This document shows positions 1-12,540 of a stretch of 64,000 nt of DNA, one piece after another. The DNA comes from Eledone cirrhosa (Eukaryota). The notes beneath the pieces were generated by a model. The model had not been told where the DNA came from, made no database searches, and was given only the letters and a program-made list of their open reading frames with translations. The stretch spans positions 62,001-126,000 of the forward strand of contig CAXHJY010001232.1 of assembly GCA_964016885.1 (NCBI GenBank), read 5' to 3'. Position numbers and translations under genes: made by a program. Position 1 is the first letter of the stretch. Every line of letters starts with the position of its first letter.

Positions 1-19
1 TTGAGGGTAGGCGGCCTTT

Positions 20-936
20 ATGTTACCACTGTTTAAGCAGTGGTCACCTGAAGGCTTACTGTCCTCAGTTAACTACAAAAAAAAAGAGGCAATACTGCCA
101 ACACCCAAAACAACAACACAACCACCACCACCACCACCACCACCACCACAACAACAACAACAACACGCAAACACAACCAAAACAAGAAGAACAAACCAAC
201 CTGCAAGCACAGTCCCACCCAACCCCACTCCACCTAAAACCACTGCAAAAACACCCACAAACACAACAGCTCCCCAAAACATACCCCTTCCAAATAACAC
301 AGACACCACAACGGACGAGGCCCCCACATCATCACCAAGTGACGATGAGGAAGACCCTCTCCATTCGAAAAGAAAGAAGAAAAGACACCACAAGAACAAA
401 AAAACAACAAACATCACTACAAACATACAACCACCAACACAAACAACACAAACATTACAACCCCCCCCCCGTCCCGAAAACAAAACCACAACATCACTCC
501 AAACACAAACACCTACAACAAAACGAAAGCTCCCACAAGAACAACAGACAAAAACCACCGCAACACAACAAGAATATTACACATACATAAAAAGTAAAAA
601 CAAAACTTTAATGGAGGTCATCTCCAACGACCCTTCGGTGAAAGCCGAAGAGAAAACTTTTTCGAACTGTGTAGACAAACCTAATTTAAAGATGATTAGG
701 GTCCCTACGGACACCTATAAGTCTTTAAAGGAAAACTTTCCTAAGGACGTGGGTAATCTTTGTGTTAAACCCATTAATCGCGTCCTTTTAAAAAGTTTCC
801 CCACCCTCACCCCAGACACCCCCACCCCACCAAACATCTCCGTCCCCACCCCGCCGGAAACCACCACCCACCCAGACACCCCCTCTAACCCCCCATGGAA
901 ACCGTGCGTCCTGGTCCCCGGGAGACGAAGAGGTGA
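20..936 (+). pseudogene. Tx1 ORF1 C-terminal part (gag-like zinc knuckle plus low-complexity region), frameshifted
   Basis: CCHC knuckle lies in an alternative frame at 21-62. The C-terminal block (MEVISNDPSVK..KPINRVLLK) is homologous to 22165-22431. Confidence 0.8.
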
Positions 937-1297
937 GTGTTTTCTTCTCTTCTTTTAACTTTTCAGAACCAACATGGCCAATATAAGACGATCTCAGGTC
1001 GCACAGTATGGATGTAGTAGCCATTTGCGAGTCCAGGATCCCCAGCGAGCGACAACTGGCCCCCATCTTCGATGACTTTGAGATCTACGCATATCTCTGT
1101 CGGCTGGGGGGTGGGGGCGGGGTTGCCGTTTTGCTGCGGAAACACCTGGGCCTCGTAACACAGACGGTACATCTGGACCCGGAGGGTCGACTGGTGGTCC
1201 TAGACGTGGACGGTCGTGAAGGTGGAGCCTTCAGGCTGGTGGCCGCATATACTCCATCCGGGACACCACGCCAGACTTCTTCAAATGTCTAGAGACT

Positions 1298-4200
1298 AAA
1301 GACAAATTCACCTCATGGACGAAAAGGCAAGGACTCCACTTTGTTTCGGCCGCGGATGGCTAACATAACCCCCCCCCCCCCTGCTCCCCACCGCTCCCAC
1401 CCTCCAAACACAATCCAAAACTTCAGAGTTGGTACCATGAATGTAGGCACATTAAAGGGTCGCTCTAACGAGGTTGTAGAAATGCTTGAACGTAAGGAGG
1501 TCGATGTTTGTTGTATTCAAGCGACCAGGTGGAGTGGTGGGTCTGCTAGATTTATCGTGGGTAAAGAACGATGCTATAAGCTTTTCTGGGTGGGAAATGA
1601 CAATGGGCTGGGTGGAGTAGGAATCATGGTAGCAGAAAAGTGGGCAGATAAGTAAATAGACGTAAATAAAGTGAACGACAGAATAATTATAAATAAGACT
1701 TGTCCTCAATAGAACTATGGTGACAGTAATATCTGCGTACGCACCCCAATCCGGACTGCCCGGCACTATAAAAGACAGATTCTATGAGACACTGATGCTC
1801 ACTACCTCCCAAATAACCGACAGTGACTATATAATTATTGCTAGCGACCTAAATGGTCACGTTGGACAACATTGTGACGGCTATGACGGAATCCATAGAG
1901 GCTATGGGTTTGGTACTAGAAATGAGGAAGGCTCCAGAATCCTGGAATTCTGTGACGCAAATAACCTAACTATCTGTAACACTAACTTCAAAAAACGAGA
2001 CAATCACTTGATCACCTATAGATCGGGGGAACACACAAGCCAGGTAGATTATATCCTTACCAGGAGACGTGACAGAGTGTCTGTTGTAAACACTAAATCC
2101 CTCCTCCATGAAGAATGCACGTCTCAACATAGACTCATAATTAGCGACCTCATAGTCAGGACGAGACGTATTCGACAACAGAGGACTATCCTCAGGAGAA
2201 AAATATGGAAGCTAAAGGACCCCACAGCCAGTCATAAATTTAAAAGCATATTACTTGATGCTTTTGATAGTAAGGAAGAGCAATTAGAGTCGTACAATAT
2301 AGAGGAATGTGGGAATTCCTGAAAGCAAACCTGCTGAAGGCGACAGATGAAACCTGTGGCTGGAGCAGGCCTATAGGCAGGAGGAGAGTAATTTAGTTGT
2401 GGAACAGTAAGGTGGAGAGATCAATCAAGGCTAAAAAGCAGGCTTCGAAAGCATGGCGGGATGGGGGAAGTAGAGGGAAGCTAGGAGACAAGTGTACTTC
2501 GCAAGAAGGGAAGCAGAGGAAAGAAAGTTCAAGCATGTTCTACAATGCGAGGACCAAAAACGTGAGGTGTTCAGGATTGCTAGGCAATGTGTCAAGGAAA
2601 ACAGTGATATTGTCGGGGAGAAGTGTGTCCTAAATGATGATGGTGTACTTGCCATCACTAACGCTGATAAGAAGGTAACTTGGAAGTGTCACTACGAAAG
2701 GCTACTAAATTAGGAGAATAATTGGGAGAAAGACAGTCTCCCCACATCGACCCAATGGAGGGACCAGCAGTGCAAGTTGAAGGTAGTATAATAAGTAAGG
2801 CGATCAAAGACATGAAGACGAGCAAGGCGGCCGGGCCTTCGGAAATAGTTGCCGAAATGCTGAAAGCCTCTGGAACGGTGGGACACACTATTGTCAACCG
2901 GATAGTAAACCAAGTCATACAGAATGGGGTCGTTCCGAAGGACTGGCGCAGCAGCATCATCATTAACTGCTACAAGGGTAAAGGTGATGCCCTAGATAGG
3001 GGAATCTATAGAGGCATTAAATTAATTGACCAGGTCATGAAGGTCACAGAAAAAGTAATAGCGCAACTAATCAGAGAGCGAATTGATCTAGGCGAAATGC
3101 AGTTCGGGTTTGTGTCAGGTAAAAGAACAACAGACGCTCTTTTCATTGTACGACAACTACAGGAGAAGTACCTAGCTAAAAGTAAACCCCTATACTTAGC
3201 TTTTGTTGACTTGGAGAAAGCCTTTGACAGAGTACCCCGCTCGATTATCTGGTGGGCCCTTAGAAAACTAGGTGTTGATGAATGGCTTGTGAGAGCTATA
3301 CAAGCCATGTATAAAGAAACAGTCAGCAAGGTTAGAATTAACAACGAATATAATGAAGAGTTTAGCGTAAAGGTTGGTGTTCAACAGGGCTCCGTCCTTA
3401 GCCCCCTACTATTTATTATTGCCCTTCAGGCTATAACAGAGGAGTTCAAGACCGGCTGCCCATGGGAACTCCTATATGCAGATGATCTAACGCTCATAGC
3501 TGAATCAATGGCTGAACTAGAGAAGAAATTCCAAACATGGAAGCATGGCCTAGAATCAAAAGGCCTTAAAGTTAACTTGTCTAAGACTAAAGTTCTAGTT
3601 TGTAGGAAGGAAAATAGGGCACCGGTCCCATCTGGGAAATGGCCATGCTCAGTGTGTAGGAAAGGAGTAGGTAGAAACTCCATTTTATGTCCCAATTGCA
3701 AAGTATGGGTACATAAAAGATGTAGTGGGATCACAGGTAAGCTCACTAAGAATATAGATTTTATATGTGGCCGGTGCTCTGGTGCAATAAATAGCAGCAA
3801 GTGCCCACAGAATACTAACTCATTCCATTGCACAGATGGTTCTATAGAAATAGTGGACAGCTTCCGTTACCTGGGTGACAAAATCAGCAGTGGGGGAGGG
3901 TGCTCTGAAAGTACAGTAGCTAGAGTCAGAACGGGATGGAAAAAGTTCAGAGAGCTTATACCACTATTGGCCGCTAAAGGGTTCTCTCTAAAAATGAAAG
4001 GCAGGCTCTATGATGCCTGCATACGAACAGTAATGTTACATGGCAGTGAGACCTGGGCATTGTGTGCAGACGATATACGCAGACTGGAGAGGAATGAAGC
4101 TTGCATGTTCCGCTGGATGTGTAATAGTAATATAAATGAACGGCAAAGCGTAAACGAACTAAGGAAAAAATTAGAAATAAGAGGGATCAGATGTTGTTTA

Positions 4201-4820
4201 CTCGAGAGAAGACTACGTTGGTATGGTCACGTGATGCGCATGAAAGACGACAGCTGTATAAAAAAGTGCAGGGCAATAAAAATAGACGGTAGCCACGGAG
4301 TAGGCAGACCCAGAAAAACCTGGGACGACTTGATAAATTCCGACCTCACACACTTACACCTCTCCAAGACAATGTCACTGGACCGAGTTCTTTGGCGCTA
4401 CACAGTAATAGAGAAGACCCGCCTTACCTAAGTGCAAAGTGAAACCTACTACAGCAGTAGGCATCTCTAACAAAATACACCCTCGTCCCACTACCCCCAC
4501 CCCATCCACACCACCTCTTTCAATGTAAAGTTATGTTGGTACCACAACATCCAGCCTGAAACAAATGAGGTCGTGTAGGTGTCACGACAAAAAACGCACA
4601 GTCCACGCTGTAATGTGGCCGTGTAGGTAACACGGTAAAAACCTCACAGTTCCACACTGTAAATGTGGTTGGTGTTAGGAAGGGCATCCAGCCGTAGAAA
4701 ACCCACCAGACAGTCCTATGCGAGCAAGACAACCACTCTTGCCTCAAGTGGGAAAACTCCCGTCCAAAACCATGCGAGCGTGGAATATGGACGTTAAACG
4801 ATGATGATGATTATGATGAT
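1298..4820 (+). mobile_element. RTE-clade LINE, near full length, inserted in the Tx1 APE domain
   Basis: APE motifs (VGTMNVGTL, VISAYAPQ, DLNGHVG, QVDYIL, SQHRL) and RT ORF 2722-4431. (GAT)n tail at 4800-4820. The Tx1 sequence resumes exactly (compare 22841-22870), with GACT duplicated at 1294-1297 and 4821-4824. Confidence 0.93.
2722..4431 (+). CDS. RTE reverse transcriptase, C-terminal 569 aa, with an embedded PHD-like Cys/His finger (upstream part of ORF broken by stops/frameshifts)
   Basis: QFGF, FVDLEKAFDRV, QGSVLSP, LLYADD, RRLRWYGHV and GRPRKTW motifs. Insert CSVC...CPNC..WVHKRC...CGRC. Confidence 0.88.
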   Translation: MGERQSPHIDPMEGPAVQVEGSIISKAIKDMKTSKAAGPSEIVAEMLKASGTVGHTIVNRIVNQVIQNGVVPKDWRSSIIINCYKGKGDALDRGIYRGIKLIDQVMKVTEKVIAQLIRERIDLGEMQFGFVSGKRTTDALFIVRQLQEKYLAKSKPLYLAFVDLEKAFDRVPRSIIWWALRKLGVDEWLVRAIQAMYKETVSKVRINNEYNEEFSVKVGVQQGSVLSPLLFIIALQAITEEFKTGCPWELLYADDLTLIAESMAELEKKFQTWKHGLESKGLKVNLSKTKVLVCRKENRAPVPSGKWPCSVCRKGVGRNSILCPNCKVWVHKRCSGITGKLTKNIDFICGRCSGAINSSKCPQNTNSFHCTDGSIEIVDSFRYLGDKISSGGGCSESTVARVRTGWKKFRELIPLLAAKGFSLKMKGRLYDACIRTVMLHGSETWALCADDIRRLERNEACMFRWMCNSNINERQSVNELRKKLEIRGIRCCLLERRLRWYGHVMRMKDDSCIKKCRAIKIDGSHGVGRPRKTWDDLINSDLTHLHLSKTMSLDRVLWRYTVIEKTRLT

Positions 4821-5768
4821 GACTTTTCTGGGAACGTTCCGCTCCTTGATTTTAGTGGGGGATTGGAATAGAATCCTAGATGCACGTTGGGACTATGTGG
4901 GAGCATGTCCCGATAAAGGCGGGTGTAACAGCCTCAAACAATTAATCGGCCGATAGATATCGACTAGATTTTCCGACTGTGCCACTGTGGACGTGGACTA
5001 ATCATAGCGGAACATCTAGATAGTACCTAGATAGGGTTCTAGTTAGAAATAAGGATAGGGACATGTTAAGCTGTCCACAAATGTTCATGGTTGCCTATTC
5101 AGATCACAAACTAGTGACCTGCATGGTCAACCTTGATAGAACCCATAGAAAAGGACCCGGCTACTGGAAGCTGAACTTGACGTTACCGACATGCAAAGCC
5201 TACAGTAGACGGATTAGCACTTTAGTTAAAGAGCACTTGGCAGGGGCCATTGTCAACAACAGATGGTGGTACTCTCTCAAGAGGGCAGTTAGATTAGACT
5301 CGTTAGTTTTTAGTAAAGAATTAGCGTTAGATAGAAATAGAACCGAGAAGGAACTGGTAGATAAAGTAGAAGAGGCAATTACAAGTGGCAACGTAGCCAA
5401 CGTGCAACAGCCTTGGACCAGTTCTTCGACGCAAAGCACGAGGGCTGCATTGTCAGAAGCAAAATACGTGCTCTGGGAAACGAGGGAGCCAAAGCTGTTA
5501 GCTGGGCCCGAGTGACGGAGGCAAAAAGTGGCAACAAGTCCACGATTCGGTCTTTGAAGGACCAAAACGGACGCGTGATATGTGAGCCGAAGCAGATGTG
5601 TGCGACCTTTCAGCGGCACTTTGCTCAACTGTTCGGGCAGGGCGGCGCACCGGGAGGGGCTATGGATTTCGGTCCATACCTCGACAGCCTACCGCGACTC
5701 TCAGACAGCTAGGCAAAGTTCTGCGAAAAGCCGATTTCGGCCGCTGAGATAGGGGACGCGCTGAGCCA

Positions 5769-7843
5769 ATGCGGCAAACGCAAATCTCCAGGTCTGTACA
5801 GTCTACCCTACGAATTTTACGTAGCAATGCCGGAGTTATTCTCCGAACTCCTGGAAGCGGTCTACTGCAACTGGCAACAGAACGGGAGAATTCTGTGACC
5901 GGGGGCGTAGTCACACTAGTCAGGAAGGACGAGAATAAGGGGGATGACATAGGCAACTTCCGGCCCATAACTGTGCTAAACACAGAGTTACAGATTTTGG
6001 CCAAGGTATTGGCAGAGAGGCTGGCGCTTGTCGTCAAGAATCTGGTGGGAGAAGTGCAGACATGCGCAATCCCGACCAGGTCCATACATGACAACCTCCA
6101 CCTCATGCGATACATCATAGAGAGGGTAGGGTGTAAACCCGGCTTCTCATCAACTTGGGCCCTGATCAACTTGGATCAGTCTAAGGCTTTCGATAGGGTT
6201 GACCATCGTTACCTGGATGCGGTGCTCGAGGCGGCAGGCTTCGGACCCGTGTTCAGGGGCTGGATTGCTGCAATGCACAACAGCAACATCTGCTCAAGGG
6301 TCAAGGTGAACGGCTACCTTTCGGAGCCGTTCCATATCACGCGATCCATTCGACAGGGATGCCCTCTCTCCTCCCTTCTGACTCTCAAGCCACTACTGCG
6401 GAAGTTGGAGCTATTGCAGGGCATCCCTCTGAAACCTGGACTGTGGAAAGCAGTGTCGGCCTACGCCGACGACGTGACAGTAATGGTGTCGAGCGCCTCG
6501 CAAATCGAAGAAGTCGGCACCTTACTGAAGGAATACGAAAGGTTCACAGGAGCGAAGCTGAACCGGGACAAGTCCATCGGTTTGCAACTCGGCACATGGA
6601 GAGGCAAACCCATGCCTTCCGATGGCATCGTCGGACGCTGGATGGAAGGACCGGTAAAGCTGCTCGGGGTCTGGTTTGGTCCGGACCTCCAGGTGGAGAA
6701 GAACTGGAATGAGGTGACGGCCAAGGTGTTTGCACTCACCCAGAAGTGGACCGAGTGCAAACTATCCTTGAAAGGTCGAGCGGAGGTGGCGAACACTTTT
6801 ATAGCGTCCGCCATCTACTACCGCTTGACTGTCGTGCCTTGTCCAGCCAAAACGCTCACCAAAATGGAGCGCGCGCTCTTCCAATTCCTTTGGAAGAGGC
6901 GGGCTCCTTTGGTGAGAAGATCCATCTGCTGCCAACACCCTTCCAGCGGAGGGCTGGGGATGCCGTGGCTGATTATGCGCAAACACGCGCTCAGGCTGCG
7001 GCATCTCTACGTATTCCTCACCGGACAACCGGTGTGGGCCCCGTTCGTGAGGCGAGCCTTCCCACGACTCGTCTCGCTGACTGAGCTGCAGTCCTGGGTC
7101 AAGCAAAGACAGAGGAAAATGGGCGACTGGCACATCGAATGTGCTCAGGCGCTCACAACCCTCTGGCAGGCGGACCCGGCGATCAGTGCGGACTCCACTT
7201 TGTCATTCTATAGAGGGTTGATCCGCAGCAAGTGCGACGACGCGCTCGGTGAAACTCTAGGTGTAGAGGAAGACGAACTGGCAAGTCTGTTCGGTAGGAC
7301 CTTCCGCCCGGGACCGATGGACAACTTCCAAAAGTCCCTGGCCTGGTAGTGCTACCGAGGAGCTCTACCAGTTCGAGACAAGCTCTACAGACATGGGCGC
7401 CCGGGCAGGGACCCTGCAAAAAAGATCTGTCCGAGGTGCGTGCGAGACGAAGAAACCGTCGCGCACGCATTCATACACTGCCGGGGCGTCACCGACCTGT
7501 GGGGTTATGTAGAACGACTATTGTCGCGGGTGGGACCAATCCGGTTGACCACTGAGTCCATTGTCATGATCAAACCGCCACCCTCCTTCAAAACGAAGGA
7601 GAGGCGGTTTTCCTTTGTGTGATAGCTATGGCGAAAGAGGTTGTATGGTGGACAAGGTTGAAAGGGCTGAGGTCAGACACCTTTCTCTCCGGCCAACAAC
7701 TCATTCTTTTTTTCAAATACCACTTTGGAAGAAGAATCAGGATGGAGAGAGAGGTGCTCTACCCGAAAAGGTTTTATGAAAGGTGGCTGAAAGTGGCGAG
7801 AATGGCCCGAGTGAATGGGCCTTCTCTCTATATCAGCCTGTAG
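5769..7843 (+). pseudogene. Tx1 copy 1 ORF2 RT and C-terminal zinc-finger region
   Basis: L1-type RT motifs. In-frame TAG at 7347-7349 and later frameshifts. Confidence 0.88.
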
Positions 7844-8117
7844 GTTGAGGAAAAGGAGGAGGAGAGGAAAGGAGTACAAACTCTTCGTACTCCTGGAGAT
7901 GAGGGTTGCACATTTTTTTCGGGGGTATGTGTTACCCATATGTAATGTCTCCCCCTATTGGGGAAAATCGACTAATTTTTAAATTGCATTTGTGATAATA
8001 TTTTACACGTTTTTATTGTATGTAAACTTCCCCCTTTGTATTTGTCCCCTTCTTTTGTGCCCCTGTGGCTAATAAAGAAACATATCTATCTATCTATCTA
8101 TCTATCAACCTATCTAT

Positions 8118-11100
8118 GGGATGGACACACGTGCGAAACTTGCTGGGTAAGTTCTGCTTAAATTTCTATAGAAATTCTTGACTGTGAGCCTTCATTTTTA
8201 TAGCAATTTGTAGAGGGACTGCCAGGTCAAATTTTGATCTGGTCCGTCTCTCAAAATATTCTACGCCTTTTGACGAAATAGTTCATAAAAAAATTTTTTT
8301 TGGAAAAAAATAACGTTTTTAAAAAAAAGGCCAGAAGCAATAACAGCTTCTTCACCAACATTCGAAGGAGGAAAAGGGAAGATATGCTTACAGTTTCCTC
8401 CTTCCACTGTCATAGTAGCAGATGTCTCAGACAAGGGTGAGAGAGAGAGGAAGGATTTTCTTCACCTGCTGACCGACAACTTGACGTTGCCATGGCAACA
8501 AACCAAAACCAGAAGTGAAACAATGAACAAAAACAACACAACCGGCACCACCAGCAACAACAACAATGCTATGAACAAAAGCAACACCAATAACAACGAA
8601 GACAACAACAATAACAAGAACAACAAAAACAACAACTCCAGCACAAACGAAAACAACCAAACACACACAAAAAAAAAAAACGTTTGCAGAAAGCCTTGTC
8701 AAAGAGACAGAGTTTATAAATAAATCTGTCAAACCAAGCGCAGCACCTAAAGGACGCTGCGCAACATATTACTTTCGAAGGTAAAGGCTTTCGAATAAGT
8801 ACTCCACCGGAAATTAGGACCAAGACCTTAAGAAAAACAATTTTCTTCCGGACTATCTGCTCACAAACTAAGAAACCTATGGCTTTAAGCAATAGCACGG
8901 TGGAAACCGCACTAAAGGAGGCAATGCCAGACATTGCTTACCTCCAGCGGACCAAGCAGTACGGAAGCATCTCGGTGCTCTTTAAAAGTGAGGCCCTCGT
9001 CCAGAAATATTCGGAGGATCCAATTAGAACGAGCCAACACATCTTCTTCCCAACATACATGTGAAGAAGAATCCATAAAATAAGGATCTCCCAGATCCCA
9101 CCGAACACTAACATTTGGTGGATCCTGGGTGTTTTTTTGTTCCTGCCTTTGCTCTCTCTAACTCTTCTTCACCAACATGGCGATTATACAAGTTGGATGT
9201 TTGAATGTACGTGGCCTGGGCATGTCCTGGAAACAGGGGCAGCTTTTAAATGATTTCAGGTCACATTGTATAGATGTGATAGCCATCACCGAGTCCAGGA
9301 TTCACGACAAGCAACAGCTAACCTCCATGTTCGATGATTTTGAGATCTATGCATCTGTCTGTCAGCCAGGAGGTGGAGGGTGGAGTTGCTGTTCTGTTTC
9401 TAAAAAAACTGGGATCTCAAAGTACAGACGATTCACTTGGACCTGGAGGGCAGCCTGGTGGTCCTGGACGTGAATGGTAGTGAAGGTGGAGCTTTCAGAC
9501 TGGTGGCCGTATATGCCCCGACTGAGACATCGCGACCAGAGTTCTTCAAGCGTCTGGAGCCATTCATGGGAACGTCTCGCTCCTTAGTGTTAGCGGGAGA
9601 CTGGAATGGCCTCTTAGACGCACGTTGGGACTATGTAGGAGCTTGTGATAATAGAGGGGGGGGGGGGGGGTATAATAGCCTAAAAAATCAGCCAATTCCA
9701 ACTGGCTGATAGATATCGACTAGACTTCCCAAGTGCACCACTGTGGACGTGGAGCAACCGCACTGGGTCTTCTAGATCGTATTTAGATATATTTTTAATT
9801 AGACAGAATAAGGAAACATTAAGCTGTCCACAAATGCACATGGTTGCCTATTCAGACCACAAATTAGTCACCTGCATAGTCAACCTTGATAGAACACATA
9901 GACAAGGACCCGGATACTGGAAGCTAAATATGTCGCACCCGGCGCGTAAGGCCTACAGTAAACCGATAAACACCTTAGTTAAGTGCTAGTTGGCGGGGGC
10001 GATCGTCAACAGCGGGTGGTGGAGCTCTCTCAAGAGAACAATTAGAATAGAATCGATAGCATTTAGCAAGGAAGTAGCTTTAGAAAAAAACAAAACTGAA
10101 AAGGAGCTGGTAGCTAAAATAGAAGAGGCACTTAGGAATGGCAGTACAGCTGACGTGCTAGCGGCAAGAACAGCACTAGACCAGTTCTTCAATGTGAAAC
10201 ACGAAGGTTGTATTGTCAGAAGTAGAACACGTGCTCTAAGAAACGAGGTAGCCAAAGCTGTTAGCTGGGCCCGAGTGACAGAGGCGAAAAGTGGCAACAA
10301 ATCCACAATTAGGTCTTTGCAAGACAAAGATGGACGCATTCTACTTGAATCCAAGATGTGCACGGCCTTCCAGCAGCATTTTGCACAACTGTTCGAGCAA
10401 AGCGGTACGCCAAGCGAGGTGATGGACTTCAGTTCCTACATCGACGGCGTACCACGACACTCGAGCACGGATGCAGAGAGCTGCGAAAAGCCGATCACAC
10501 CAGGCGAAATAGAAGATGCCCTAGGCCGTTGCGGGAAATGCAAATCACCCGGTTTAGATGGTCTACCCTATGAGTTTTACATATGCATGCCAGACTTGTT
10601 CTCTGGCGTCCTCGAAGCGTTCTACTGCAACTGGCAGCAGAACGGGAGGATTCCCAGTTCTGTAGGCAGAGGCGTAGTAATGCTGATCAGGAAAGATGAG
10701 AACAAGGGGGGTGAGATAAGCAATTCAGTCCCATAGCTCTGCTCAACACAGTTAAAGATTTTGGCCAAGGTGTTAGCAACGAGACTCGCGCTTGTCGTCG
10801 AGAACCTGGTAGGGGAAGCGCAAACGTGTGCAATCCCGACCAGGTCCATACACGACAACCTCCACCTCATGCAATACATCATAGAGAGGGTAGGGTGTAA
10901 ACCTGGCTTCGGTGGGGCTCTGATCAATTTAGATCAGTCTAAGGCATTTGATAAGGTCGACCACCAATACTTGGAAGCAGTTCTCAAGGCGGCCGGCTTC
11001 GGTCCCGTCTCCAGAGGCTGGATCGCTGCCATGCACACGAGCATCTGCTCGGCAGTCAAGGTGAATGGCTACCTATCGGAGCCATTCCAAATCACGCATT

Positions 11101-12260
11101 CCATCCGTCAGGGATGCCCTCTCTCCTGCATTCTGTATGTACTGACTCTCGAGCCATTATTGCGGAAGAGTGCAAACTCTCCTTGAAACGTTGAGCAGAG
11201 GTGGCGAACACTTACATAGCGTCTGTCATCTAATACCACTTGACAGTCGTGCTTGTGTCCGCGAATACCTCACCAAAATGGAACGCCTACTCTTCAAGTA
11301 CCTCTGGAAGAAACAGGCTCCATTGGTGAGGAGATCCATTTGCTGTCAACACCCTTCTAACGGAGGTCTGGGCATGCCATGGCTGATGATGCGCAAACAC
11401 GTGCTGAGGCTACGCCATCTCCAGGTATTCCTGACCTGTGAACCGGTGTGGCTGTCGTTTGTGAGACAAGCCCTTCCACAACTCGTCTCACTAACAGAGC
11501 TGCAGTCCTGGGTCAAGCGAAGACCGAAAATGGGTGCCATCAGGCGCTCACAGCCCTCTACCAAGCGGAAACGGCAATCAGTGGAGACTCCACTTCGACA
11601 TTCTATAGGTGATTATAGGAGGATAAGTACGACGACGAGGAGCTCTACCAGTTCGAGACAAAATCTACAGGCACAGTCGCCCTGGCAGAGATCCTGCTAA
11701 AAGGACCTGTCCAAGATGCGGGCAGGACATCGAAACCATTCTGCACGCAACTGTTCAGTGCCCAGGGGTGACCGACCTGTGGAATTATGTCGAACAGCTA
11801 CTGTCACGTGTGGGACGTATCCAGTTGTCAGCCGAGTCCATCGTGAGTATCAACCCACCGCCTTCATTTAAGAATGAAGGAGAGGCGATTTTCCTCTGGT
11901 GGCTATGGCGAAAGAGGTAATATGGTGGAAGAGGTTAACAGGACTGAGGGCAAACACCTTTCTCTCTGGACTACAACTTATCCCCTTCTTTAAGTACCAC
12001 TTCAGAAGGAAGGTGAGAGTGGAGAGAGGTGCTACATCCCAGTAAATTCGCTGAAAGGTGGGTGAATGTGACGAAAATGGCCCGAGTGAATGGGCCTTCT
12101 CTGTATACAAACCTGTAGGTTGAGTAAGATAAACAGAGGGAAGACGGGAACACCTACAAAACGTGTTCCTGGTGTTGAGGGTTGTTCTATCCACGGGGTG
12201 TAAAACAACCCTGCAGTAACGTTCCCCCCTATTGGGGATTTTAATTGTTATTTTATTATA
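8118..12260 (+). mobile_element. Tx1-clade LINE copy 2, internally deleted; starts directly after the (TATC)n tail of copy 1; 3' UTR cut at ~12260
   Basis: ORF1 block (QYGSISVLFKSE) homologous to 20745-21386. ORF2 start MAIIQVGCLNVRGL at 9177. RT fragments 9990-11186. Deletions relative to copy 3 near 9125, 11170, 11540 and 11640. Confidence 0.9.
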
Positions 12261-12534
12261 TGTACGTAATGAGGGAGTGAGAGAGGAGAGAAAGAAAGGC
12301 AGAGGTGAAGTGACGAAGTGACTCTCTCCTCCTCCTCCTCCTCCTCCTCCTCCATCTCCCCATTCGTCACAGCGATAGAGGGGAGGAATGTTAGTGTGTT
12401 ACAAAGAGAAAGAGTGAGAGTGAGAGAAACAGACAGACTAAAAGAGAGGGATAGCTGGAGAGAGAGAGAGAGATAGCAACCACGCGCACACGTGTTTCCA
12501 CTGTCGGACAGACAGACAGAGAAATTGCTGGTTA
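12261..12534. repeat. ~270 bp repeat with an inverted copy at 18187-18446
   Basis: TGTACGTAATGAGGGAG...GAAATTGCTGGTTA is the reverse complement of 18187-18446, differing mainly in (CCT)n length. Confidence 0.9.
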
Positions 12535-12540
12535 TATATT

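Larger units (their letters stand above)
1..8117 (+). mobile_element. Tx1/L1-clade non-LTR retrotransposon copy 1 (5' end outside window; degenerate; interrupted by an RTE element at 1298-4820)
   Basis: ORF1 zinc knuckle CYHCLSSGHLKAYC at 21-62, then a Pro/Thr-rich ORF1 tail. APE fragments (MDVVAICESR; SDH at ~5100). RT at 5769-7349 (NFRPITVLN, LDQSKAFDRV, RQGCPLS, YADD). C-terminal CCHC (CPRC..H...HC). Ends AATAAAGAAAC+(TATC)n. Confidence 0.93.

Noticed and set aside
65-590. Antisense or alternative-frame ORFs over the LINEs (many in the track)
   Set aside because: Shadow ORFs from strand-biased low-complexity sequence, with no motifs.
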